DNA of 64,000 nucleotides, taken from the NCBI GenBank assembly GCA_046313635.1, contig JBKBYA010000001.1, positions 32,001-96,000 on the forward strand, written 5' to 3'. Positions 17,974 through 27,243 of this stretch are shown piece by piece. Positions within the stretch are counted from its first letter, which is position 1, and every line of letters starts with the position of its first letter. The notes under the pieces are model-generated. The model was not told the DNA's origin. It saw only the letters and a list, made by a program, of their open reading frames with translations, and did no database searches. A program made the translations under genes and the position numbers. The DNA comes from Pyrinomonadaceae bacterium (GTDB taxonomy: Bacteria; Acidobacteriota; Blastocatellia; Pyrinomonadales; Pyrinomonadaceae).

Positions 17974-18999
17974 TCAGGCGACTTCGATCAAAATGCCTTC
18001 ATCGCCCGCCCTCGGCCGGGAGACACGGCCGATCCGAAACGCGCCGGGAACCGACGCGACGAATTCCTCCGTTCTTTCACTCGGCAGACTTATCAGCAGG
18101 CCGCCCGCCGTCTGCGGGTCAAAAAGCGCGCTCTGCATTTCGGGCATGACCCGCTCGGCGATCCGTACGGTATCGCCGACATAGATCCGATTGTTGCGGT
18201 CGCCCCGCGTCAGCATTCCCTGCCGGATCAGATCGAGCGTGTCCGGCAGCAGCGGCACCGACGCTGAATCGATCAGCAGCTCGACGCCGCTCGCCTTCGC
18301 CATTTCATAGGCGTGCCCGAGCAGCCCGAATCCGGTAATGTCCGTACAGGCGTTCGCCCCCAGCCGCGTCATAGTCTCGGCCGCCCGGGCCGACGATGCG
18401 GTCATCGCCGCGATTGCGGCCGTGACGGCTCGCTCGCTTGCGGCGCCGCGCTTTACGGCGGTGTTTATCGCTCCCGTGCCGATCGGCTTGGTCAGGATGA
18501 GATCGTCGCCGGGACGCGCTCCTGCATTTGTCACGACCGCGTTCGGATCGATCACTCCGGTCACCGCGTAGCCGAACTTCATCTCCTGGTCGTCGACCGA
18601 GTGCCCGCCGATGACGACGACATTCTCGGCGTTCATCGCGCGTTGGCCGCCCTCGAGGATCTTTCCGAGGATCTCGAAGTCGCCTTTTTGCGGATAGCAG
18701 ACGATCGATAGTGCGGAGATAGGCTTGCCACCCATGGCGTAAACGTCGTTGAGCGAGTTGACCGCCGCGACCTGGCCGTAAACGTACGGGTCGTCGGCGA
18801 CCGGTGTAAAAAAGTCGACCGTCTGCACCAGTGCCAGATCGTCCGACAGGCGCAGGACGCCCGCGTCGTCAGCCGTCTCAAAACCGACGATCACGTTCTC
18901 GCTGCTCTGCTTTGGAAGCCGGCCCAAAACTTGGGCCAAGTCGCCCGGGGCGAGTTTGGCCACTCAACCCGCACAGGAGACCATTTCGGTCAGACGCAT
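17974..18999 (-). CDS. selD: Selenophosphate synthetase, selenocysteine-containing (UGA at 18964-18966)
   Basis: Frame extends upstream of the track ORF as MRLTEMVSCAG-[TGA]-VAKLAPGDL. Downstream motifs DDAGV, QTVDFFTP, GGHSVDD, TDITGFGLLGH, DPQTAGGLL. Confidence 0.92.
18934..18961 (-). promoter_or_regulatory. Candidate SECIS hairpin immediately 3' of the selD UGA
   Basis: mRNA GGCCAA-AC-UCGCC-CCG-GGCGA-C-UUGGCC begins 2 nt after the UGA. Confidence 0.6.
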
Positions 19000-19001
19000 T
19001 C

Positions 19002-19880
19002 TTACTGATCGACCTCCTCTTTAGACGTTAATTTCTCGAAGATCCTGTTAAGGTCTTCCGGCCCGTAATACTCGATCTCGATCCGGCCGGGTCGGCGCCC
19101 GGCCTTTGGGATGATCTTTACGTTGGTTCCGAGGGTCCGCTTCAATCTCGTCTCGGCAGCCGCGACGTTCGGGTCTCGGCTTACGGTAACCTGTTTCTCT
19201 GCAGTATTTGCAGCCGCCGACCTCTTTGCGGCGCGTTCGGTCTCGCGAACGGACCAGCGATGTTTGACGGCCTCGCGGGCGATCTCGAGCTGACGCTCAG
19301 GTCGTTCGACCATCAGTATCGCTCGGCCGTGGCCGGCTGAGAGCTGCCCCTCCTCGATAAGCCCTTGGACATCAGCCGGGAGCTTCAACAGACGGATCGT
19401 GGTCGCCACCAGCGACCGTTCGCGGCCCACCCGCTCGGCGACCTGCTCTTGCGTAAGTCCAATGGTATCAATAAGTTTGCGGTAGGCAAGCGCTTCTTCG
19501 ATCGGGTTCAGCTCCTGCCTCTGGATGTTCTCGATAAGCGCGAGCTCAAGCAGGCGTTCGTCGGGAACCTCCTTGACAACGACCGGTACCTTTCGCAGGC
19601 CGGCCCGCTGAGAGGCCCGCCAACGCCTTTCGCCGGCGACGATCTCGTATCGGCTGCCTTTTGGCCGCACGACTATCGGCTGCACGATCCCGTTCTTTTC
19701 GATCGACCTGGCGAGGCCGTCGAGAGCTTCGTCCTCGAATCTGGTTCGCGGCTGCTCCGGGTTCGGATCGATGAGGTCGATATCTATCTCGAGCTGGCGT
19801 GCTCCGTCGCGTGTCGTGGGGGCCGTCGCCGTTTCTCCTAAAAGCGCGCCCAAGCCGCGGCCAAGTGATTGTCTAGCCAT
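19002..19880 (-). CDS. parB: Chromosome partitioning protein ParB
   Basis: LGRGLGALL, NPEQPR, GIVQPIVVR, AGERRWRA, ENIQRQELNPIEEA, HTH. Confidence 0.95.
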   Translation of the reverse strand: MARQSLGRGLGALLGETATAPTTRDGARQLEIDIDLIDPNPEQPRTRFEDEALDGLARSIEKNGIVQPIVVRPKGSRYEIVAGERRWRASQRAGLRKVPVVVKEVPDERLLELALIENIQRQELNPIEEALAYRKLIDTIGLTQEQVAERVGRERSLVATTIRLLKLPADVQGLIEEGQLSAGHGRAILMVERPERQLEIAREAVKHRWSVRETERAAKRSAAANTAEKQVTVSRDPNVAAAETRLKRTLGTNVKIIPKAGRRPGRIEIEYYGPEDLNRIFEKLTSKEEVDQ

Positions 19881-20634
19881 GATTTGAGATCTCCTTTGCA
19901 AGCTGCATATAACTGTCGGCCCCGCGCGACCGCGGATCGTAGAGGATGATCGGCTTGCCGAAGCTGGGAGCCTCGGCCAATCTGACGTTCCTGGGAATGA
20001 CCGTGTTCAATACTTGTGCCCCGTAAAATTCTTTCAGATCTTTAGCCACGGCGTTCGAGAGATTGGTCCGCTCGTCAAACATCGTGAGAAGCAACCCTTC
20101 GATCTGCAGGCCGGGATTAAGTTCGACCTTGATCCTTTCCAAAGTGTCGAACAACTCGGCCACGCCCTCGAGGGCGTAATACTCGCACTGTATCGGCACC
20201 AAAAGCGAGTCGGCCGCGACCAAGCCGTTGACGGTCAGGAGACCCAGGCTGGGCGGGCAATCGATGATGATGTAATGGAAATAATCGCGTATCGAATGTA
20301 GCACCTTTTTGAGGGCGGTGGTGCGGTCCTCCCGCTCGACCAACTCGATCTCCGCCCCGGCGAGATCTTTTGTCGCCGGGATCAGCCATAACGAAGCGAC
20401 GTCGGTCGATCGGACGAGATCTTTTACCGGTTCGTCCAGCACAAGTGCGTCGTAGAGCGATCTGCTGGTGGTCGAGCGGGGCACGCCGACTCCCGAGGTG
20501 GCATTTGCTTGAGGGTCTGCGTCGACAAGCAGGACCTTTCTGTCCGCCGATGCCAGGCTCGCAGCGAGGTTTACGGCCGTAGTGGTCTTTCCTACGCCGC
20601 CTTTTTGATTGGCGACGGCGATTATCTTACCCAT
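19873..20634 (-). CDS. parA: Chromosome partitioning ATPase ParA/Soj
   Basis: NQKGGVGKTTT, DADPQANAT, DCPPSLG, PRNVRLAEAPSFG. Confidence 0.95.
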   Translation of the reverse strand: MGKIIAVANQKGGVGKTTTAVNLAASLASADRKVLLVDADPQANATSGVGVPRSTTSRSLYDALVLDEPVKDLVRSTDVASLWLIPATKDLAGAEIELVEREDRTTALKKVLHSIRDYFHYIIIDCPPSLGLLTVNGLVAADSLLVPIQCEYYALEGVAELFDTLERIKVELNPGLQIEGLLLTMFDERTNLSNAVAKDLKEFYGAQVLNTVIPRNVRLAEAPSFGKPIILYDPRSRGADSYMQLAKEISNHG

Positions 20635-20694
20635 TTTTACCTAGAGAATTGAGTGATCCTAAAGACAGGATACGCCCCGGCGATCAAATTAGAA

Positions 20695-20740
20695 AGTGGA
20701 ACGTTCCACACTTGAAAAAATACTGTGGTACGTTCCACAG
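20695..20740. promoter_or_regulatory. Two parS-like palindromes upstream of parA
   Basis: GTGGAACGTTCCAC (20696-20709, perfect) and CTGTGGTACGTTCCACAG (20723-20740, one mismatch). Confidence 0.6.
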
Positions 20741-20745
20741 GCTGA

Positions 20746-22626
20746 TCATCGACCGGCCTGAGCTCTCGTCAAATGAACCAATACGTTGGAGATCGCCGCC
20801 GGGGTAAGGCCGCAGACCGACCTGACCTGCGCGAACGTTGTCGGACGTGCCTGCTCGAGCCGCTCGACCATCTCCGCAGAGAGGCCTCCGATCTGCCGGT
20901 AGTCCAAGTCTTGCGGAACGCGAAGCGAATCGTGGTGATTCATCCGCTCGGCCGCCGCCCGCTGCTTTTCGATATAGCCGCTGTAAAGAATGTCGGCGAC
21001 AGCCGATTCAACGTCCTCGATCGTCACATCGTCTCGCATACCGCTCGGAAGCAGCGAGCGAACGGTCTCCGGCGTGGCCTCCGGCCGAAGCGCGAGCTGA
21101 GCCAGGGTGATCGAGTCGCCCAACCCGCCGTTGAGGAGAGCAGTAAGCGCCGAATATTCCGGAGAAGATCGTTTGAATCTAGTCTGCTCAAGGGCGAGCC
21201 TAATGCGCGCGATACGGTCGCGCCGCAGGTTAAATCGCTCCCAAGCCCGGTCCTCTACCAACCCTATCTCACGCCCGGCACCGGATAAGCGGGCATCTGC
21301 ATTATCGTGCCGGAGCAATAAACGGGCCTCAGCGCGCGACGTAAAAAGTCTGTACGGTTCGTCGACACCGTGGCGGATTAGGTCGTCTATCAAGACGCCG
21401 ATATAGGCTTGGGCCCGGTCGAGAACAACGGGGACCCGCCCCTGGACCTGCATCGCCGCATTTATCCCTGCCATGAGGCCCTGACATGCCGCCTCCTCAT
21501 ATCCCGTGGTCCCGTTGATCTGTCCGGCCAGAAAAAGTCCCTTCATTCTGGACGATTCCATCGTCCGCTTGAGCTCCCGCGGATCTACAAAATCATATTC
21601 GATCGCATAGCCCGGCCGAATGATCCGCACCTCCTCAAATCCGGGGATCATCCGCAAGAGCTCGTGCTGCAAACGCGAGGGAAGCGAGGTCGAGAAGCCG
21701 TTCAAATAGACCTCGTTCGTATGACTGCCCTCCGGCTCCAGGAAGAGCTGATGGCGCGTCTTGTCGGCGAACTTAACGACCTTGTCTTCGATCGACGGGC
21801 AGTACCTCGGGCCGATGCCCTTGATCTTGCCCGAATAGAGCGGCGACTGATCAAGGTTTTTACGGATGGCGTCGTGGAGTTCCGGACTTGTGTAGCCGAT
21901 AAAACAGTTGAGCTGCGGCCTGTCTATCGAGTCGGTCGAAAACGAGAATGGCACCGGACGAGAATCGGGCGGCTGCGGTTCGAATGCATCCCAATCGATT
22001 GTTCGCCCGTCGAGACGGGGCGGGGTGCCTGTCTTGAGTCGCCCGACCCGGAACCCAAGCTCGCGCAGGTGGTTGGCCAGCGCGATCGATGCCGGTTCGC
22101 CGGCACGGCCCGCTGAGAAAGTTTGCCTTCCCGTATGGATCGTGCCGTTGAGAAAGGTGCCGGTCGCGACAACCACCGCGCGTGCGCCCACTCGCCGGCC
22201 ATCCTCCATTTCACAACCGACAACTCTACTGTTTTCAACAATTAACTGAGATACTACGCCTTGCCGGAGATGCAAATTCGGCGTCGCTTCGAGCGTTCGA
22301 CGCATCTCTGTGCGATACAATCCGCGGTCGGCCTGTGCCCGCGGCGAACGGACTGCCGGCCCGCGCGAACGATTTAGGAGTCTGAATTGGATCCCGGTGC
22401 GATCGATGATCCGGCCCATGATGCCGCCAAGCGCGTCGATCTCTCGGACGACGTGACCTTTCGCGATCCCGCCGATCGCCGGATTGCACGACATCTGTCC
22501 GATCAGATCGAGATTTATCGTCACAAGCGCGGTCTCGCAGCCCAGGCGTGCGGCGGCGGAGGCCGCCTCACAGCCCGCGTGGCCGGCGCCGATCACGAGA
22601 ACATCAAAAGACTCATCGAAGAACAT
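20746..22626 (-). CDS. mnmG: tRNA uridine 5-carboxymethylaminomethyl modification enzyme MnmG/GidA
   Basis: [53 protein letters not shown]. Confidence 0.97.
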   Translation of the reverse strand: MFFDESFDVLVIGAGHAGCEAASAAARLGCETALVTINLDLIGQMSCNPAIGGIAKGHVVREIDALGGIMGRIIDRTGIQFRLLNRSRGPAVRSPRAQADRGLYRTEMRRTLEATPNLHLRQGVVSQLIVENSRVVGCEMEDGRRVGARAVVVATGTFLNGTIHTGRQTFSAGRAGEPASIALANHLRELGFRVGRLKTGTPPRLDGRTIDWDAFEPQPPDSRPVPFSFSTDSIDRPQLNCFIGYTSPELHDAIRKNLDQSPLYSGKIKGIGPRYCPSIEDKVVKFADKTRHQLFLEPEGSHTNEVYLNGFSTSLPSRLQHELLRMIPGFEEVRIIRPGYAIEYDFVDPRELKRTMESSRMKGLFLAGQINGTTGYEEAACQGLMAGINAAMQVQGRVPVVLDRAQAYIGVLIDDLIRHGVDEPYRLFTSRAEARLLLRHDNADARLSGAGREIGLVEDRAWERFNLRRDRIARIRLALEQTRFKRSSPEYSALTALLNGGLGDSITLAQLALRPEATPETVRSLLPSGMRDDVTIEDVESAVADILYSGYIEKQRAAAERMNHHDSLRVPQDLDYRQIGGLSAEMVERLEQARPTTFAQVRSVCGLTPAAISNVLVHLTRAQAGR

Positions 22627-22766
22627 TGACCAAACCCTGCAGCGTCGAAAGGTTTAGATTTTAAGAGATGAACTCTCGTTTGCCAATGCAGTTCGGCGGA
22701 CCGCGCCGCGCGGGTCTGCCAATTCGGGTCACGATACCGGTCGAGATTCTGGCCTCGTCGGATCAG

Positions 22767-23072
22767 TTAGCTTCCGCGAGCCCGTTCGATGGCGTCTTGA
22801 ACAAACTGTCGCGAGTTTTCAGAAAGATCGAGGAACGTAACCCCAAAGCCGATGCCGGGGTGGACATAGGCGACTCGCGCAGTGATCGTGAGATCTGAGC
22901 CGTCTCGACCGCTTAGCCAAAACTTTATGACCTCCCCGGCCCTTACTTCGGCGATGCTGTCGATGTAGCAGCCGCCCAGACTCAGGTCGCTCATTCGCGC
23001 CGGATGTCTGCCGGACGCGCATTCAAGAAGAGTCTCGGTAAAGTAGGTAACGCGTTCGTATTGCCTCGGCAT
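22767..23072 (-). CDS. Stand-alone PilZ domain protein
   Basis: RQYER (RxxxR) and DLSLGG (DxSxxG) c-di-GMP-binding motifs; GFGVTF. Confidence 0.82.
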   Translation of the reverse strand: MPRQYERVTYFTETLLECASGRHPARMSDLSLGGCYIDSIAEVRAGEVIKFWLSGRDGSDLTITARVAYVHPGIGFGVTFLDLSENSRQFVQDAIERARGS

Positions 23073-23158
23073 AGACGTGGTGAGGTGGAAAAGATTGAAG
23101 GGCGCCGGGGAAGACGGGTCTATTATACTCGCATCCGCAGAGACGGCATACCCTCCGG

Positions 23159-26134
23159 CTAGTTGCTCAAGATCTTTTCGAGAGCCGACGCGAGTTCAAG
23201 CCGAGTGAGCGAACGTGAACCGTTGAACTGCCCGCCGTCAAGCGTCAGAAATCCGCGTTGCAGTGCGACCGCGACAAAACCGCGCCAAGCCGCAGGGATC
23301 TGGGCCGCGTCGCTTACGGTCGCGGGCAGCGACGCTCCGGCCGCCGCGCTATCGAGTCCGGCCGCTCTCACCAGGGCGACGGCAGCCACTAGCTTGGTGG
23401 CGTTCCGGGAAGGCTCGAATCTGGTTGACGCATCAAAAACGATCGGCCTCGAGGCATCGGCCTGGACGCTCTCGACCGCATTGCGCGAGTACGGGTCTCG
23501 TACGTCGAGGTACATCGGCGTACCCGAAACGTATTGCGGCACGAGACCGGCGCGGACGATGCTCTCGGCAAGTTCAAACCGGCTGACGGACGATGCAGGC
23601 CTGAATTTCCTTCCGAGGGGCAGCATCACGCCCGTCAAGAGCGCTCTCTGTACGCTGGTCACCCCGGCCGAGCTCAGGCCGTATGTATCAAGCAGCTCAG
23701 GATATTGTATCTGCGTAACCTCGAGGACGCCGTTGACGGTCTGCGACGTTCCAGCACCGCCGGTGTGCCGCGTCGAGGCCGTGACGGTCTGGGCCGCCGG
23801 ATCACGTAGCACGACACGCTCTCGACGCCCGGTGATGACCGGCAGGTTCAGGTAATTCGACCGTCCGAGCACCGAATTACCGCCATCCGTGACCGATAGG
23901 CCAAAGTCGTTGGCGCTCACCGCCCACGCAATGCTGATCGTGGCCTGGACCGTATTCGCCGGGATCTGGACCGGCGTTGCGGCGGCACTGCCCGGAACGA
24001 CGTGTTGGGTAAATGTCTGCGGCGTAGAGGTAACGAACCGGATCGTGTTAGCGGTATTTGCGGCGCGGACGATGCCGACGCGTCTGTTCGGAAAAGCGGC
24101 GCCAAGTACCGCGGCGTACGAGTTAAGCATGCCCGCTCCGGCCTCGTGATAAAAGTAATTCGGCAGCGGCGTCGCCGTACGGGCGAGAATATCCTTGATC
24201 TCCGCAGGCGTAAGGTTCGGGTTTGTCTCGAGCATCAGGGCGATCGTTCCCGCGACCTGCGGGGCCGAGAATGACGTTCCGCTGCCGGTCGTGTAATGCG
24301 GCATCTCGCCGACAGTCAGCCGCTGCGGATCCGCTCCGCCGAGCCCGGTGCCGCTGGTCGTCGTCGCCAGGCTGCGAAGGCTGACGACGTCAACGCCAGG
24401 CGCCAAGAGCGTCGGATGCTGCAATTCGTCGCCAAAGCTTCCGCGAGCCGAAAAGCCTGCAAGCCTGCCGTTGCGGTCCGTCGCCCCGACCGAGACGACC
24501 CACGGCGCGGCGGCGTACGGGTTCATCGTCCCGTTGCCCGGACCGCCGTTGCCCGCCGAGAAGACGACGTTGATGCCGCGATCGGTCAAAATTTTTGTCG
24601 CGATATTAACCGGGTCGTTGAGATCGAACGGGGCCGCCGCCGAAAAGCTGCAATTAACGACCTTGACGCCGTAGGCCGCGCCGCGGTCGAGGAGATAATC
24701 AAATCCGGCCAGCACGTATGTGAGATTCGCGTCGCCCGCCGAGAGGCCGAGCAGTTTGGCTCCCGGAGCGACACCGTTGAATTTGCCGTTGGAGGCCGCG
24801 CCGCTGCCGGCGATCAGCCCGGCGACGAAGGTGCCGTGTCCAGCGACAAGGTCGGTATTTGCGAGATTCTCGATCGGCGCGGGTTGAGTAAAGCCGAACG
24901 GCGCGCTCTGCAGATCGGTCAGCCTCACGTTCTGGGCCATTCGGCCGGCTAGATCGCCGAGCTGCCCGTTGACGCCCGTGTCGAGCACGGCGACGGTGAT
25001 CCCGCGGCCGGTGACCGGCAAACCGGAATTCGCCGTCCGCAGATCGGCGTCGCTCGAGACCTTTTGGATGCCGGTACGATCGAGATAAGGATCGGCGTCA
25101 AACGTCAACGTCCTATTGCCGTAGATCGACCGCACCCGCGGCAGCGCCGAGACCGCAAGGATCTGCTGCTTGGTTGCGGATACGTAAACCATCGGCAGCA
25201 CTTTCATCCGCGTTCCGCCAAGTATGCCGATCGACCGCAGTTGGTCGAGATCGGCGTTTGTGACGCTGCCATGGTAAACGATCACGCAGTTGATCGTACT
25301 GTCGTCGGTCGCGGTATTGAGCCACATTGCGACCTCGGGATCGAGTCCCTGCAAGCCTGTTTGCTGGTCGGCTCCGGTGAGCGTGATGCCGTCGGCTCCG
25401 GTGAGCGTGATGCCGTCGGCTCCGGTGAGCGTGATGCCGTCGGCTCCGGTAAGCGTGATGCCGCTGGGATTTGCGAGTTCAAAAAGGACGCCGGCCGCTC
25501 CTACGCCGACGATACCGTCGGCTCCGGTGAGCGTAATGCCGTCGGCTCCGGTAAGCGTGATGCCGTCTGCCCCGGTAAGCGTGATGCCGTCAGCGCCGGT
25601 AAGTGTAATGCCGTTGACGCCCCGGCGGACCATGCCGTCGGCTCCCGTGAGAGTTATGCCGCTGAATCTAACGACATTGATCCCATCCGCTCCGGTAAGA
25701 GTGATCCCCTGCGGACGACGAACGACGATCGAGTCGGCCCGATACTGCGAACCGTCCGCACCGGTCAGGGTGATCCCGTCCGCACCGGTCAGCGTAATGC
25801 CGTCCGCACCGGTCAGGGTGATCCCGTCCGCACCGGTCAGCGTAATGCCGTTGGAGCCGACATAGGTCGTTCCGTCCGCTCCTGTGAGAGTGATGCCGTC
25901 GGCGCCCGTGAGAGTGATGCCATCCGCCCCGGTGAGAGTGATCCCGTTTGTGCCGTAATTCAAAAGACCGTCAGCGCCGGTCAGCGTAATGCCCGAAGCC
26001 CCGACGTACTTTACACCGTCGGCGCCCGTCAGGGTGATGCCGCTTGACCTCACAAAAAGGATCCCGGCGCTCGCAGGATTTGCCGCAAGGACGATCAAAA
26101 GAAAAAAGGCGAAGATTCGTTTCATCGGAATCAA
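23159..26134 (-). CDS. Secreted S8 subtilase with N-terminal GITLTGAD repeat domain and C-terminal SLH-like repeats
   Basis: Signal peptide. Triad VLDTG, HGTFVAG, GTSFSAP; oxyanion SAGNGG. FRPASSVSRFELA and FNGSRSLTRLELA SLH-like motifs. Confidence 0.9.
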   Translation of the reverse strand: MIPMKRIFAFFLLIVLAANPASAGILFVRSSGITLTGADGVKYVGASGITLTGADGLLNYGTNGITLTGADGITLTGADGITLTGADGTTYVGSNGITLTGADGITLTGADGITLTGADGITLTGADGSQYRADSIVVRRPQGITLTGADGINVVRFSGITLTGADGMVRRGVNGITLTGADGITLTGADGITLTGADGITLTGADGIVGVGAAGVLFELANPSGITLTGADGITLTGADGITLTGADGITLTGADQQTGLQGLDPEVAMWLNTATDDSTINCVIVYHGSVTNADLDQLRSIGILGGTRMKVLPMVYVSATKQQILAVSALPRVRSIYGNRTLTFDADPYLDRTGIQKVSSDADLRTANSGLPVTGRGITVAVLDTGVNGQLGDLAGRMAQNVRLTDLQSAPFGFTQPAPIENLANTDLVAGHGTFVAGLIAGSGAASNGKFNGVAPGAKLLGLSAGDANLTYVLAGFDYLLDRGAAYGVKVVNCSFSAAAPFDLNDPVNIATKILTDRGINVVFSAGNGGPGNGTMNPYAAAPWVVSVGATDRNGRLAGFSARGSFGDELQHPTLLAPGVDVVSLRSLATTTSGTGLGGADPQRLTVGEMPHYTTGSGTSFSAPQVAGTIALMLETNPNLTPAEIKDILARTATPLPNYFYHEAGAGMLNSYAAVLGAAFPNRRVGIVRAANTANTIRFVTSTPQTFTQHVVPGSAAATPVQIPANTVQATISIAWAVSANDFGLSVTDGGNSVLGRSNYLNLPVITGRRERVVLRDPAAQTVTASTRHTGGAGTSQTVNGVLEVTQIQYPELLDTYGLSSAGVTSVQRALLTGVMLPLGRKFRPASSVSRFELAESIVRAGLVPQYVSGTPMYLDVRDPYSRNAVESVQADASRPIVFDASTRFEPSRNATKLVAAVALVRAAGLDSAAAGASLPATVSDAAQIPAAWRGFVAVALQRGFLTLDGGQFNGSRSLTRLELASALEKILSN
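25367..26041 (-). repeat. 24-bp coding repeat, 19 copies of GITLTGAD with variant spacers
   Basis: Counted in the translation as runs of 1,1,3,4,1,1,4,4. Third codon positions vary between copies. Confidence 0.95.
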
Positions 26135-26276
26135 TTTTTATCTCCGCATTCAACGTTTCAGGGTGAGGTGCGAAACAGTCAAAAGCACTTTGCTAAAAGT
26201 GTATCGAGACCGAACAGGAAACCGGAGGGGCAGGTCCAATTTACCTGTTCGGCCCGGTTAATTGCAAGCCTAATGC

Positions 26277-27092
26277 CTAATTGCCCGCTTGCGAATTGAG
26301 GAGCAGATTGAACGTAACTCCCTTTTCCAGTTTGACGTTCTTGTCTCGCGACGAGATCGTCGTCGAGCCGTTCGCCGATCCGCTCGCCGAGCTGCTGATC
26401 TGCAGGCCGTTGATCGTACGGACCGCACCGCTCGTGACGCCGCCGGCCGTTTGGGCCGTGGTGTCGACAACGCCGCCGACCGTCCCGACCGCCGTATTTG
26501 CAGCCCCATTCACCGTCGATCCGACGCCCGAGACAACACCTCCGACCCCGCCGAGCAGACCGCCGCCGCCAGAGCCCGAGCCGGCCGAGCCGCTCGTCCG
26601 CGACGTGGCCGAGACGTCAGACATAACCGTGTCGCCGACCGACGCGGCCGAACGCGTATCGACTATCGAGACGATCGAGGCGGTGACCGGCGTCGCCACG
26701 TCGCCATTCTGGAGCCTGTCAAAGACAAGCGCGATCTTCGATCCGGCCGCCCCTTCGGCCTTGCGCTGTACTTCTGTGATACGGCCGACCAAGGTCGCGC
26801 CTTTGTTTATAACGACTTGCCCGTCCTGCTTGACGGTCTTTGTCGCCTTGAGGATGACCTCGTCGCCGACCTGCGCGGTCCGGACGTCGAGCTGCTGCTG
26901 AAGGACGGCCTGTATGCTCGCCGCACCATTCAATGTGGGACCTTGTTTCTTGTCGCCGTCCTTCTTTTTGGCTTCCGTGGGACGATCCTTTCCCTTTTCG
27001 ACGCGATCGTCCGGCGTGGACTTCGCGTTCTGGCCGAGGCCGGCGATCGCCGCGGCTAAGATCAACGTGGACGTGAAAATAACTCTTTTCAT
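26277..27092 (-). CDS. Secreted hypothetical protein, possibly TrbI/VirB10-like beta domain with a Gly-rich insert
   Basis: Signal peptide, AGGAG RBS, TAQVGDEV..VVINKGATLVGRITEV..LVFDRL..VKLEKG pattern. The fold assignment is tentative. Confidence 0.65.
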   Translation of the reverse strand: MKRVIFTSTLILAAAIAGLGQNAKSTPDDRVEKGKDRPTEAKKKDGDKKQGPTLNGAASIQAVLQQQLDVRTAQVGDEVILKATKTVKQDGQVVINKGATLVGRITEVQRKAEGAAGSKIALVFDRLQNGDVATPVTASIVSIVDTRSAASVGDTVMSDVSATSRTSGSAGSGSGGGGLLGGVGGVVSGVGSTVNGAANTAVGTVGGVVDTTAQTAGGVTSGAVRTINGLQISSSASGSANGSTTISSRDKNVKLEKGVTFNLLLNSQAGN

Positions 27093-27165
27093 GTTCTTAC
27101 TCCTTTACCAACATTTGGGCCTGTCAGACACAATCGACGATTCGGCCCACGGGAGAGTTAAGGCG

Positions 27166-27235
27166 AGGTTATCGGCGCGCGCTTGAGGAAAACTTGAGGC
27201 CGTTCAAGTTTTTCTCAAGTCTCCCGGATTACGCT
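27166..27235. promoter_or_regulatory. Divergent promoter pair with SARP-type direct repeats
   Basis: Minus strand: CTCAAG starting at 27198 and 27187, then TAACCT at 27171-27166. Plus strand: TTCAAG at 27203, CTCAAG at 27214, then TACGCT at 27230-27235. Confidence 0.8.
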
Positions 27236-27243
27236 TGTTCCCG

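Noticed and set aside
20635..22766. oriC near mnmG/parA
   Set aside because: No TTATCCACA-type DnaA box cluster was seen and the intergenic gaps are short.
25367..26041. Possible CRISPR array (24-bp repeats with spacers)
   Set aside because: The repeats are in-frame codons with synonymous variation and are often directly tandem. No cas genes are present.
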